The notes: a model not told the origin generated them from the sequence alone. A stretch of DNA of 32,000 nt from Ruminococcus albus 7 = DSM 20455 (GCF_000179635.2 NC_014833.1:2760001-2792000), one strand, 5' to 3'; shown: positions 1 through 8,721, counted from the stretch's first letter. Numbers and translations are program-made.

Positions 1-1368
1 CGCACCATAGAGAGTATGAGCATATTCTGTCTGCCAGCCTTCGTTTCCTCCGGATTCCTGACCGAGCTCGTTCCAGTGGTCGTCGTGTACGCCGGAAGCG
101 GTTCTGTGGTGGATAGCCGTAGGAGACTTATCGCCCATACCGAGAACATAGCTGTAGCCCATTTCATTATCGCCAAAGCAGTAGTTCATCTGGAGATCGC
201 CCCATTTGCTGAACTTATTCTCAACATCTGTACCCTTGAAGAGTGTATCAGAACCGAGCTTTGCAAGGAAAGCTGTAGTAGTTGCGTGACGCAGACAACC
301 CCACTGGAACAGCCATGAAAGTCCCTTAGGTGTTATCTTGCCAAAGAAAGGCTTGGAATCCTCGCCCATCCAGTAAGTGAGGTGACGCTTTACGTGAGCA
401 GTCCATTCCTTGTTGCCTGTTATCTGAGCGTAGAGGAAAGCAGCACCCTGTGAGGTATCGTCCCAGCAGAGACCCCATGTGAACTTACGAGCTGTATCCT
501 GCTCTTCCTTGGGGAATAAGGGGATATAATCCTGTTCAACCTTGTTGAGATATGACTTATCGCCTGTTGCCTTGTAAAGCCAGAGAGCAGCAAACATACA
601 GTCATCTACCCATGACTCGGTTTTATACATACCTGCCATACCGCCGATATCTGAACAGTCTCTTATCTGGTCAGCACCCTTGAAAAGGGACTTAGCGTGC
701 TTGAGGTATTCGTTAGCTCTGTCGGGATCTGTATCCTTGAATACGAGATATCCTTCTGCAAGAGCAGCAGCAGAAAGTCCTGCAACAGAAGCATTTTCGA
801 TCACATCATACGGACGCTTCCAGTCACCGTTGTTGAGGTGATGTTTACGGAGATAAACTTCTGAGCTGCACCAGATGTTATGGTCAGTAGAACCGCCTTT
901 GAAATCACCGATAGTTCCGACCATTTTTCCGTTGCCCATATCGCAGTTCATTACATAGTCAAGTCCCCACTGGAGATTGTTTCTGTAAAGCTCGCCCATG
1001 CCTGCATTATCGACAGCATCTTTGTACTCAAGATAGCCCCATGCAAGCATTGAAGCTGAATAAGCATTTGTAAGACAGAACTTGAAGTGGTCACCTGCAT
1101 CGAACCAGCCGCCCTTTACGTAGTCAGTGTCGTTACCGTCCTCATCGACCATACAGTCGTCCTTCCACTGAACAGTGTTCCACTCGGGAAGTACACCTGA
1201 CTGCTGTACCTCATAGAAGAACATCGACTTCTGGAGTGCCTCTGCATAGTTGTATGCCGAAGCTGCGTTTGCCGTCAGTACCGGTGAACTGTTCTGAGGC
1301 AGTACAGAGACCATTCCAGCTGCCATAACAAGTGCTGATACCGCTGCAGTGATTTTTTTGATCAACAT
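1..1368 (-). CDS. Glycoside hydrolase family 9 endoglucanase (cellulase); N-terminal part with signal peptide, 3' end runs off the window
   Basis: Absent from the ORF track because it stays open to position 1. My minus-strand translation from ATG 1368 (GGAGA RBS just upstream) reads MLIKKITAAVSALVMAAG...NYAEALQKSMFFYEVQQSG...GGWFDAGDHFKF...DDTSQGAAFLY...IHHRTASGVHD...TLYGA. These are GH9 catalytic-domain signature blocks. Confidence 0.85.
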   Translation of the reverse strand, partial: MLIKKITAAVSALVMAAGMVSVLPQNSSPVLTANAASAYNYAEALQKSMFFYEVQQSGVLPEWNTVQWKDDCMVDEDGNDTDYVKGGWFDAGDHFKFCLTNAYSASMLAWGYLEYKDAVDNAGMGELYRNNLQWGLDYVMNCDMGNGKMVGTIGDFKGGSTDHNIWCSSEVYLRKHHLNNGDWKRPYDVIENASVAGLSAAALAEGYLVFKDTDPDRANEYLKHAKSLFKGADQIRDCSDIGGMAGMYKTESWVDDCMFAALWLYKATGDKSYLNKVEQDYIPLFPKEEQDTARKFTWGLCWDDTSQGAAFLYAQITGNKEWTAHVKRHLTYWMGEDSKPFFGKITPKGLSWLFQWGCLRHATTTAFLAKLGSDTLFKGTDVENKFSKWGDLQMNYCFGDNEMGYSYVLGMGDKSPTAIHHRTASGVHDDHWNELGQESGGNEGWQTEYAHTLYGA

Positions 1369-1635
1369 TTTCCATTCTCCTCTCGAAAAAATAAGATTTT
1401 CCTTTTAGTCATTATGAATATAATATCCTTGTGTTTTTAAATTTTACTATATTATCTGCCTTTTGTCAATGGCTAAAATAATAAATTAAATATCCTAAAA
1501 AAACAAAAATACAGCACATTCACACAACTATCCCGCACAAAGTGCGTAGAATGCTATAATAGTTGTATTCTCGTCATGATTTCATATAACAGCAAATTTG
1601 AAAATAATTCATCAAAGATAAAACATTATACAAAA

Positions 1636-1677
1636 AACAACGTCCGACGGCAAACAGCACCGTCGGACGTTTTGTTC
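1636..1677 (-). terminator. Rho-independent terminator of the GGDEF-EAL gene
   Basis: Perfect stem ACGTCCGACGG (1640-1650) / CCGTCGGACGT (1660-1670). It is followed on the minus strand by TTGTTTTTTG. Confidence 0.7.
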
Positions 1678-1688
1678 ATATTTCCTCA

Positions 1689-3095
1689 TTAAAGATACTT
1701 CTGTAAAAACACATCAATGACAACAGGTCTGGAGAAATAATACCCCTGATAGCTGTATATGCAGTATTGTCTTGCAAAATCTATCATCTCACGGGTCTCC
1801 ATGCCTTCAAGGCATACATGTACCTGCAATTCTCTTGCGCAGCCTGTTATAGCCTTGATTATAGCCTGATTGGCAGTATTTGTCATTATATCCTTTGTAA
1901 AGCCGCGGTCGAATTTCAGTGTCTCAACCGAAAGATCACTCAGCAGGTTGAGTGACGAGAATCCAGTACCGAAATCATCTATCGCTATGCGAATCCCCAG
2001 TCCTTTCAGGAAATTTATCTCAGCCTGAAGATAGCTTTTTTCCAGCTGACGGCAGCTCTCTGTGAGCTCCATGCAAAGGTTTTTCGGCGGGAACCCTGTT
2101 TCCTTCAGTATCGCCTTTACGGATTCACGGAAAAGCGGATGCGACAACTGCGTATAGGCTATGTTCACATTAAGCGTGAAATCAGGATATTTTTCCACCA
2201 TTATCATGCTCTCATTCATCGAACGTCTGAGTATCCAGCAGCCCAGTTCAAAAAAGCTTGGATCATTTTCAAGCATCGGTATGAACTCTCCCGGCATGAC
2301 CGTACCAAAGTCCTCACTGTTCCACCTAAGCAGCGCCTCTGCCCCTATCAGCTCCTCCTTGTCTGATGACATCAGCGGCTGATAGCACATAAAGAACCCG
2401 TCATAATCATTCACCATGGACTTTCGCAGCGCACTCATAAGCCCGAGCCTGCGGCGTGTGGTGTCTTTCATATTGTTTTCAAATACGTACAGTTCCCCGT
2501 GATGTTCATGCTTTGATCTTTCAAGAGCATACCTGGCACTGCTCTGCACCGAGAACTCATCGTATTCCCCGTCAAGCAGCAGAGCCCCCGCAGATATACA
2601 GACGGGTATACGGATATTATCAACAAAAACATTATACTTCATCTCAAACTGTATCTTACGGTACAGATCGTAAATATACCCCACAGCTACGTCAGTAAGA
2701 CAGCACGCGAATTTTGCACCGTCCATACGGTAGACCTTGCTGCGTGAACCTATCACGTTCTTCAGTACCATTCCGACCTGTTTTAGCACCTTGTCACCGA
2801 AGCTGTAACCGTACATATCGTTTATCTCGGAAAAGCAGTTTATACCTATCAGCAGTTCCACTGCCGTTTGACCCGATAGCTTGAGATCCCGTATGTCCTG
2901 CAGGAATTCATATACATTATACAGTCCCGAAGCCGCATCAACTCTCTCAGCTATACCATGGTTCTCAATAGAACCTATAAATATATCAGGCTTGCCTCGC
3001 ATGACCTTGCCCTTGCAGGTACATATAACATACTCGCCGTCTTTGTTCATCGCCCTGTAGTCAACACAGTGATTATTTTTCACCCCACTGAGCAC
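1689..3095 (-). CDS. Degenerate-GGDEF / EAL c-di-GMP phosphodiesterase; larger part of a split PAS-GGDEF-EAL gene
   Basis: EAL-domain motifs are intact (AEALLRW, DDFGTG, EGMET, QGYYFSRP). The GGDEF signature is replaced by RMDGAKFA. The frame stays open upstream of the tracked GTG start to about 3197 and there encodes PAS-like sequence (ENAGEIWANHVHPEDRQKYLDDINAV). Confidence 0.85.
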   Translation of the reverse strand: MLSGVKNNHCVDYRAMNKDGEYVICTCKGKVMRGKPDIFIGSIENHGIAERVDAASGLYNVYEFLQDIRDLKLSGQTAVELLIGINCFSEINDMYGYSFGDKVLKQVGMVLKNVIGSRSKVYRMDGAKFACCLTDVAVGYIYDLYRKIQFEMKYNVFVDNIRIPVCISAGALLLDGEYDEFSVQSSARYALERSKHEHHGELYVFENNMKDTTRRRLGLMSALRKSMVNDYDGFFMCYQPLMSSDKEELIGAEALLRWNSEDFGTVMPGEFIPMLENDPSFFELGCWILRRSMNESMIMVEKYPDFTLNVNIAYTQLSHPLFRESVKAILKETGFPPKNLCMELTESCRQLEKSYLQAEINFLKGLGIRIAIDDFGTGFSSLNLLSDLSVETLKFDRGFTKDIMTNTANQAIIKAITGCARELQVHVCLEGMETREMIDFARQYCIYSYQGYYFSRPVVIDVFLQKYL

Positions 3096-3100
3096 CGCAT

Positions 3101-3322
3101 TTATATCATCCAGATACTTCTGCCTGTCCTCGGGATGTACATGGTTCGCCCATATCTCACCTGCATTTTCCGATATTCTCCGGGCAGACCAAAATATTCA
3201 ACCGCTTTAGCTGACCATCTTGATAAACCCGAATCAAGATCGGTCAGAAAAATATAACCTCTCTCAGAAGTTTCAGCAAATCCTTCAAACAGACGGCTGT
3301 CAAGTATATCTATTGAATCCAC
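3101..3322 (-). CDS. N-terminal PAS-domain fragment of the same signalling gene, in a different frame
   Basis: GTG start preceded by a GGAGGGGGGAG RBS. The sequence ...FLTDLDSGLSRWSAKAVEYFGLPGEY is PAS-like, then reads nonsense to a stop at 3101. The PAS continuation lies in the frame of ORF 1689..3095. Confidence 0.6.
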   Translation of the reverse strand: MDSIDILDSRLFEGFAETSERGYIFLTDLDSGLSRWSAKAVEYFGLPGEYRKMQVRYGRTMYIPRTGRSIWMI

Positions 3323-3660
3323 ATGATCTCCCCCCTCCGGTTATTTAGCTGGCTAAAGAACAAATAGTTCCCTAAGTTAAATTTATTATACCACAGTTCA
3401 AAAAAAATTTCAATATCTTTTTCGGTTATTTCATGTTTGAAATAACGTTTTTAGCATTTTGCACAATTTAATTAAACATTATCAAACTCGATATAGTCCC
3501 ACATCCAATTTAAAAATATATATTTTTCCAATATTTAAAAATGATATGTTAATATTGTGTATGATACACCATGCTTGTCTATCCGCGCCTCAGGCAGCTG
3601 CAACAATATAGCTTTATACAATTTTTATGAGCATATATAACACTTTTCAGAAGAGGTATA

Positions 3661-3707
3661 TGGTATAATTTCTATAGGCAGAAAAGGCTCTGAGCTTTCT
3701 GCCTATA
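3661..3707 (+). promoter_or_regulatory. Extended -10 promoter (TGGTATAAT) followed by a 12-bp perfect inverted repeat at the predicted 5' end of the aldo/keto reductase mRNA
   Basis: TGGTATAAT lies at 3661-3669. TATAGGCAGAAA (3673-3684) pairs with TTTCTGCCTATA (3696-3707) across an 11-nt spacer, about 40 nt upstream of ATG 3745. Confidence 0.45.
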
Positions 3708-3744
3708 ATAATGTCATTAAATGAAATAACGATTTTTAAAAGGA

Positions 3745-4680
3745 GTGGATATGATGAAGATGCTGAATATTGTCAACGGTCCTCAGAACGTTTCAAACAT
3801 TGTCCTCGGCTGTATGAGAATGCCTGCACTTGATGTGAAAGCTGCGGCTGATATGATAAACAGCGCATACAAAATGGGGATAAACTTCTTTGATCATGCA
3901 ACCTGCTACGGTGAAGGTGAAGCCGAGACCCGCTTCGGTGACGCACTGCCGCTGACTGGTATAAGCAGAGATGATATAGTACTTCAAAGCAAATGCGGTC
4001 TGCATTTTGACCGCGGTGAGTTCGACTGGACAAAAGAAGATATACTGGCAAGTGCCGAAGCCAGCCTCAAAAGGCTCCGCACTGACCGCCTTGATGTACT
4101 GCTGCTTCATCGTCCGGACCTGCTGTTCGATCCTGCCGAGGTAGCCGAAGCTTTCGATAAACTGTATGACAGCGGCAAGGTGCTCCACTTCGGTGTAAGC
4201 AACATTACCCCGGGTCAGCTGGAACTCCTGAAAAAATATGTGCGTCAGCCGCTGGTATTCAACCAGCTCCAGTTCTCACTGGATCAGACCCAGCTTATCG
4301 ACTGCGGACTATACATAAACAACCTTACCACAGACCGTTCAACCGACAGGGATAACGGCATCCTCGATTACTGCCGCCTCCACGATATCACCATACAGGC
4401 ATGGTCACCTCTCCAGAAGGGTATGTTCGGCGGATGCTTCGTAGATGATCCCGAATTCCCCGAGCTTAACGCAGTACTGGCAAGGCTGGGCGAAAAATAC
4501 GGTGTACCGAAAACTGCCATAGCGATCGCATGGATACTTCGTCATCCTGCAAATATGCAGGCTATCGCAGGCACTATGGATCCTGCTCACCTGAAGGATA
4601 TCTGCGATGCTTCAAAGGTAACGCTTACACATAAAGAATGGTATGAGCTCTACCTCGCTTCGGGTAAGTTCCTGCCGTAA
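3745..4680 (+). CDS. Aldo/keto reductase family oxidoreductase
   Basis: 311-aa ORF with AKR-like blocks (GCMRM..., FFDHATCYGEGEAE, LLLHRPD, FGVSN, AWSPL). AAAGGAG RBS upstream. Confidence 0.8.
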   Translation: MDMMKMLNIVNGPQNVSNIVLGCMRMPALDVKAAADMINSAYKMGINFFDHATCYGEGEAETRFGDALPLTGISRDDIVLQSKCGLHFDRGEFDWTKEDILASAEASLKRLRTDRLDVLLLHRPDLLFDPAEVAEAFDKLYDSGKVLHFGVSNITPGQLELLKKYVRQPLVFNQLQFSLDQTQLIDCGLYINNLTTDRSTDRDNGILDYCRLHDITIQAWSPLQKGMFGGCFVDDPEFPELNAVLARLGEKYGVPKTAIAIAWILRHPANMQAIAGTMDPAHLKDICDASKVTLTHKEWYELYLASGKFLP

Positions 4681-4691
4681 CAGACTTAAAG

Positions 4692-4722
4692 GAAACGGTT
4701 TAACAGACCGTTTCTGCTTTTT
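4692..4722 (+). terminator. Rho-independent terminator after the AKR gene
   Basis: Stem GAAACGGT (4692-4699) / ACCGTTTC (4707-4714), followed by TGCTTTTT. Confidence 0.65.
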
Positions 4723-4755
4723 ACGAAAAGTTAATAATATATCATCAAATGCCTG

Positions 4756-4784
4756 TTGTAAACAGACAACGCCTATGATATACT
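4756..4784 (+). promoter_or_regulatory. Sigma-70-type promoter of the MATE gene
   Basis: TTGTAA (4756-4761), 17-nt spacer, TGaTATACT (-10 at 4779-4784, extended TG). Confidence 0.5.
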
Positions 4785-4840
4785 TTTTCATTGGTCATAT
4801 GTTTTTGGTTATAGGATAGAATTGTGAGGGGAAAATTATA

Positions 4841-6211
4841 ATGAAGGATCTGACAAAAGGCGAGCCTACCCGGCTGTTGCTGCTGTTTGCCATACCCATG
4901 CTGCTCGGAAACGTGTTCCAGCAGTTTTACAATCTGGCAGATACAAGGATAGTCGGTCAATATCTCGGTGAAAACCCACTGGCTGCTGTCGGCGCTACGT
5001 CTTCGATCAACAACGTTATTATCGGATTCATGCACGGATTAACCGGCGGATTCAGCCTTACTGCCGCCCGTGCATTCGGTGAAAAAAATTATGATAAGCT
5101 CAAAAAGACTGTGGCTGCAACAGTGGTACTAGGAGGAGTGACCTGTATAGTGCTCACTATACTTAGCCTCCTGTTCATCGATCCCCTGCTGCACGCTATA
5201 AACGTGGAACCCGATATCTATAATGACGCTAAAAGTTATATAACAATGATACTCGCAGGAATGGGGATAATCCTCTGCTACAATGCTATGGCATCGCTGA
5301 TGCGTGCTATAGGCGATACAGTCATGCCGCTGGTATTCCTTATATTCTCAGCATTCGGAAATATAATTCTTGATATACTGTTTGTAAAATATCTGAGGTT
5401 AGGCATAAGGGGCGCTGCCGCTGCTACTCTTATCACTTCCGGTATGTCGGCCGTTGCCTGTTTTATCTATATGAAGAAAAAATACCCGTTCCTCATACCC
5501 TCAGCTGAGCATTTCAAATTCTCACGCAAGTTTGCAGGTGATATGTACGCATCGGGCTGTTCTATGGGACTTATGAATTCCATGGTAGGTCTTGGCTCCC
5601 TTATAATGCAGGGTGCGATAAATAACCTCGGCAAAGATACCATCAACGCTCATATCGCCGCAAGAAAGATAAGTGAGATGTGCATGATGCCTATGATGGC
5701 ATTCGGCGGTGCTGCTTCAAACTTCGCCGGTCAGAACTACGGTGCAGGAAAATACTCGAGAGTACGCAAGGGTTTTTACAGTGCCACCATGCTTACCTGG
5801 ATATGGAGCGTATTCGCTATCATAGCTGTATACGTAGGCACACCTTTCTTCGTACAGGCAATAACAGGTCTGCATAAAGAATATATAATCAAAACAGCAT
5901 CTCAGTATACCCATTTCAATTTCCCATTCTATTTCGTACTCGGTATAATATTCGTGTTCAGGCATTCACTGCAAAGTGTCAAGATAAAGCTTATGCCCAC
6001 AATGTCCAGCTTTATCGAGCTTGTAGGAAAAATAGTCGTATCCTTCCTGCTGGCACCGAAGATAGGCTATAAGGCTATTATAATATCCGAACCGATCTCA
6101 TGGCTGTTCATGACACCGGTGCTTATATGGGGATTTGTAAGCTGCAAACAGCTGAAAGAACCCGATGTTCCCGATATCGACTCAAAATCACTTGCAGGCG
6201 CAAAACTATAA
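4841..6211 (+). CDS. MATE family multidrug/toxic-compound efflux transporter
   Basis: 456-aa polytopic membrane ORF. The N-terminus LLLLFAIPMLLGNVFQQFYNLADTRIVGQYLG..LAAVG is typical of MATE/NorM-like pumps. Confidence 0.85.
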   Translation: MKDLTKGEPTRLLLLFAIPMLLGNVFQQFYNLADTRIVGQYLGENPLAAVGATSSINNVIIGFMHGLTGGFSLTAARAFGEKNYDKLKKTVAATVVLGGVTCIVLTILSLLFIDPLLHAINVEPDIYNDAKSYITMILAGMGIILCYNAMASLMRAIGDTVMPLVFLIFSAFGNIILDILFVKYLRLGIRGAAAATLITSGMSAVACFIYMKKKYPFLIPSAEHFKFSRKFAGDMYASGCSMGLMNSMVGLGSLIMQGAINNLGKDTINAHIAARKISEMCMMPMMAFGGAASNFAGQNYGAGKYSRVRKGFYSATMLTWIWSVFAIIAVYVGTPFFVQAITGLHKEYIIKTASQYTHFNFPFYFVLGIIFVFRHSLQSVKIKLMPTMSSFIELVGKIVVSFLLAPKIGYKAIIISEPISWLFMTPVLIWGFVSCKQLKEPDVPDIDSKSLAGAKL

Positions 6212-6217
6212 AAAATG

Positions 6218-6255
6218 ATCCCACAGTTTCCGTTATAGAAACTGTGGGATTTTTT
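6218..6255. terminator. Bidirectional terminator between the convergent MATE gene and the membrane-protein operon
   Basis: Perfect 12-bp stem ATCCCACAGTTT (6218-6229) / AAACTGTGGGAT (6239-6250). It is flanked by an A-run on the left and a T-run on the right. Confidence 0.8.
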
Positions 6256-6315
6256 ACTATCATATTATCATAAGGCTTATACACCATACCTGACAATGAG
6301 TTGGATCTGTCAACA

Positions 6316-6957
6316 TTATTCTGCCTTGACCCACTCACCGTTCTCGTTGAGCATATTGCCGTTGTAATCCACTATATGCATGATAGTGTTCATATCAAAT
6401 ACACCGCTGCTTATATTCTGGTTTGCAGGATTTACCGCTGTAAAGCGGACAGTAACATCTGACATTTTTGACGGCAGTTCATCCAGTGTAAGCTTCTCGA
6501 TCATCTCACCGGGACGCACCCAGCCCGTTGCACCTATGCGTACAAGGCTCTCATCAGAGGGATAGAACAGATCATGCCAGAAAAGCTTCATCTTTTTATT
6601 TCCGAGATTCTTCTTATCAGTGTATATCTCCGCGCGAACAAGCACCTTTGTGCTCTCGGGCGAAACAAAATCTACCTGCACCGTCCTGTCGCGACTGTCA
6701 CATATAAGTATCGGCTGGAACGCTACCGTCAGATCACTATTGAAGGGCATGACCTGCAGGCTCGATGCATCAGGGTTCACCTCAGATATCGATTTGGTAT
6801 CCGCAGCAAATTTTACTTTTTCGGGACGCAAATATGTCACATACTTTATAATAAGCATCAGGGCGATAAGTATTATCATTGCCGCCATGAAGATACGACC
6901 GATCAGTCGGTGCATTGGCTGCTTCTTGTTCTTTTCGTTTACTGCTGCATCGCTCAT
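6316..6957 (-). CDS. Single-pass membrane-anchored protein of unknown function (third gene of operon)
   Basis: 213-aa ORF with a basic N-terminus, one hydrophobic helix (IGRIFMAAMIILIALMLII) and a beta-rich extracytoplasmic part. Its ATG shares one base with the upstream gene's TGA (TGATG at 6955-6959). Confidence 0.7.
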   Translation of the reverse strand: MSDAAVNEKNKKQPMHRLIGRIFMAAMIILIALMLIIKYVTYLRPEKVKFAADTKSISEVNPDASSLQVMPFNSDLTVAFQPILICDSRDRTVQVDFVSPESTKVLVRAEIYTDKKNLGNKKMKLFWHDLFYPSDESLVRIGATGWVRPGEMIEKLTLDELPSKMSDVTVRFTAVNPANQNISSGVFDMNTIMHIVDYNGNMLNENGEWVKAE

Positions 6958-7670
6958 CAGTTCGCCACCTCCAATGTAACAGGGATATTTGCGTCATAGG
7001 GTGAAAGCACACCCGTTTCGTGATCATAAAAACGCTCGCTCATATTCAAGCTGTAGCTGCCTGCGGGCAGATACGAACCATCAGGCAGAGTTTTCAGCTG
7101 TACCTCGCCTATCATATAGCCGGGCTCAAACAGTCCCGACTGCGCGATCAGCCACTTGCCGTCCTCTACGCCGTTCGTACTCAGCCCATGAGCTATAAGC
7201 TCGTCCTCGCTTATATACAGGCTCATTACTATATCATGTGTGGAATCCTCCACATTTCGGACATCGCAGTGCAGTTTGCCCGAACCGTTCTCGGCAGTGT
7301 AGACATCACCTGCGGAATATACAGTGAAATGACCGTTGGTCTCAGCCTTGCTTTCCTCCTCTGAAGTGTCGGTCTGGTCGGGAGTCACCTGCTTGTCATC
7401 ATCTTTCGGTGCCGAACTGTCATCAGTTTTTTTCTGATTATCATCCTTCTGCGGATCTATCTTCTGCTGATTTTCATCTGCTGCCGCAGGCTTTTCAAAT
7501 ATATGCGGCTCGTCGTATCTGCGGTATAACGAAAATGTGCATACCAAGATAAATACTGCCGTCAGCAGTATATTGATGATCCAGCCTATGATATCTCTGA
7601 CACCGTGCTTTTTGCGCTTATTCTCATCGGTCGTCTGCGCATTATCACGCTCCATGATCTCGTTGTCCAA
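6957..7670 (-). CDS. Single-pass membrane-anchored protein with a D/K/Q/E-rich linker, unknown function (second gene of operon)
   Basis: The ORF-track frame is 6957..7763. The likely start is TTG 7670, 8 nt after GGAGG (7679-7683); ATG 7655 is the alternative. TM helix IIGWIINILLTAVFILVCTF, then a low-complexity acidic/lysine stretch, then a folded C-terminal domain. Confidence 0.65.
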   Translation of the reverse strand: MDNEIMERDNAQTTDENKRKKHGVRDIIGWIINILLTAVFILVCTFSLYRRYDEPHIFEKPAAADENQQKIDPQKDDNQKKTDDSSAPKDDDKQVTPDQTDTSEEESKAETNGHFTVYSAGDVYTAENGSGKLHCDVRNVEDSTHDIVMSLYISEDELIAHGLSTNGVEDGKWLIAQSGLFEPGYMIGEVQLKTLPDGSYLPAGSYSLNMSERFYDHETGVLSPYDANIPVTLEVAN

Positions 7671-7683
7671 TTTTGTTACCTCC

Positions 7684-7992
7684 TTACGCTGAAAAGCGGC
7701 TGTGGTGTACAGCCGCTGATGTAATATTTGCAGTACCGATATCAACGTAGCTTTGTGAATCAAAGCCGCTCATATTTGTAATGTTGATAGTGATAGATGT
7801 ATCTCTATCACCGCCAACCGTGATAGGTTCCTGAGAATTTGAAACATTAAAGGTTGCGCCAAAATTTTCTGATTGACTGTTATCAGCTATCGATGTAACA
7901 CTTGTTATGGCAAAGTTGCTGTCATTCTTAATATTGAATGATTTTTCTTCTGTCTCATTGTCTGCTAAAGCATAAGAGGATACGGTTCCTGA
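7684..7992 (-). CDS. C-terminal portion of the secreted protein gene, out of frame with its N-terminal ORF
   Basis: My translation gives SGTVSSYALADNETEEKSFNIKNDSNFAITSVTSIADNSQSENFGATFNVSNSQEPITVGGDRDTSITINITNMSGFDSQSYVDIGTANITSAAVHHSRFSA*. The frame is open from TGA 7993-7995 to TAA 7684-7686, which abuts the next gene's GGAGG. There is no internal start codon, so the ORF track does not list it. Confidence 0.55.
   Translation of the reverse strand, partial: SGTVSSYALADNETEEKSFNIKNDSNFAITSVTSIADNSQSENFGATFNVSNSQEPITVGGDRDTSITINITNMSGFDSQSYVDIGTANITSAAVHHSRFSA
7695..7717 (-). terminator. Intra-operon stem-loop (possible partial terminator or processing site) at the end of the secreted-protein gene
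   Basis: AGCGGCTGT (7695-7703) / ACAGCCGCT (7709-7717) form a 9-bp GC-rich stem. On the minus strand it is followed by TTTTC, immediately before the stop codon and the next RBS. Confidence 0.35.
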
Positions 7993-8357
7993 TCATCTCC
8001 TACTGTCTTATTATAGGTATGGTTAACTGGATCCCATGTAATAACCTGATATTTACGAGTTGTATCGGTTCTAACGATATCCCACTGCAACGTATCAGCA
8101 TCGATTGTTACATTCCAGATATGATTGACAGAATCATTATTATTAGGATCGATATCACCCTCCTCTACAGGAGTATCCACGCTGGAAATCTTTGCCTGAA
8201 GTGCAACACTGGCATTTTTGTAATCTGGACCATCACTGTAATTATCTGATGTTATAGTCGGTTCTGCGAAAGCTGATATACTGCCAAGTGCGGAAATGGT
8301 CATCATAGTTGCGGTGATAGCTGCGAATCTCTTCATGGTCTTTTTCATAGATTTCAT
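7965..8357 (-). CDS. Secreted protein of unknown function, N-terminal portion with Sec signal peptide (first gene of operon)
   Basis: 130-aa ORF. Signal peptide MKKTMKRFAAITATMMTISALGSISAFA-EP. The second ATG at 8348 has better spacing from the AAGGA RBS. The ORF ends at TAG 7965-7967 while the coding-looking sequence continues in another frame. Confidence 0.7.
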   Translation of the reverse strand: MKSMKKTMKRFAAITATMMTISALGSISAFAEPTITSDNYSDGPDYKNASVALQAKISSVDTPVEEGDIDPNNNDSVNHIWNVTIDADTLQWDIVRTDTTRKYQVITWDPVNHTYNKTVGDDQEPYPLML

Positions 8358-8473
8358 CCTTTCGTTTTAAAATGCAATATTTGAATTGCATATTTAATAT
8401 AATATTTACAAATAGCATTATCCCCAATATCAGCAGTATACCCACGATAGTTCAGATTTTCCGAACAAGAAGC

Positions 8474-8519
8474 ATAAAAATACCCTGCCGGGATCAAAAC
8501 CGATCTTCCGGCAAGGTAT
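8474..8519 (-). terminator. Rho-independent terminator about 200 nt downstream of the first LRR protein gene
   Basis: Stem TACCCTGCCGG (8481-8491) / CCGGCAAGGTA (8508-8518) with one G-U pair. A T-run follows on the minus strand (complement of AAAAA 8476-8480). Confidence 0.6.
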
Positions 8520-8721
8520 TGGTCATTCATCGTATATGTAAATCGATACTTTTTTCCATTTAACTGATCAAACCCTTATACTCGCTCTCAGGCGATCAAT
8601 CATTACTATCTCCGTTTGATCAACATTTATTGCAAGGTCGATCCCCCTTCATATACCGTATGCTCTGTCTTAAAGTATCCCGAGGGTATGTAATTCGGAT
8701 ATTATCCTACAATGCTGCATA

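Noticed and set aside
1539-1560. AAAGTGCGTA 10-mer shared with the element dyad motif, next to a TGcTATAAT box facing the terminator at 1636-1677
   Set aside because: A single 10-mer match in 32 kb could be chance and the rest of the dyad is absent. The extended -10 box has no -35, so a small-RNA call is unsupported.
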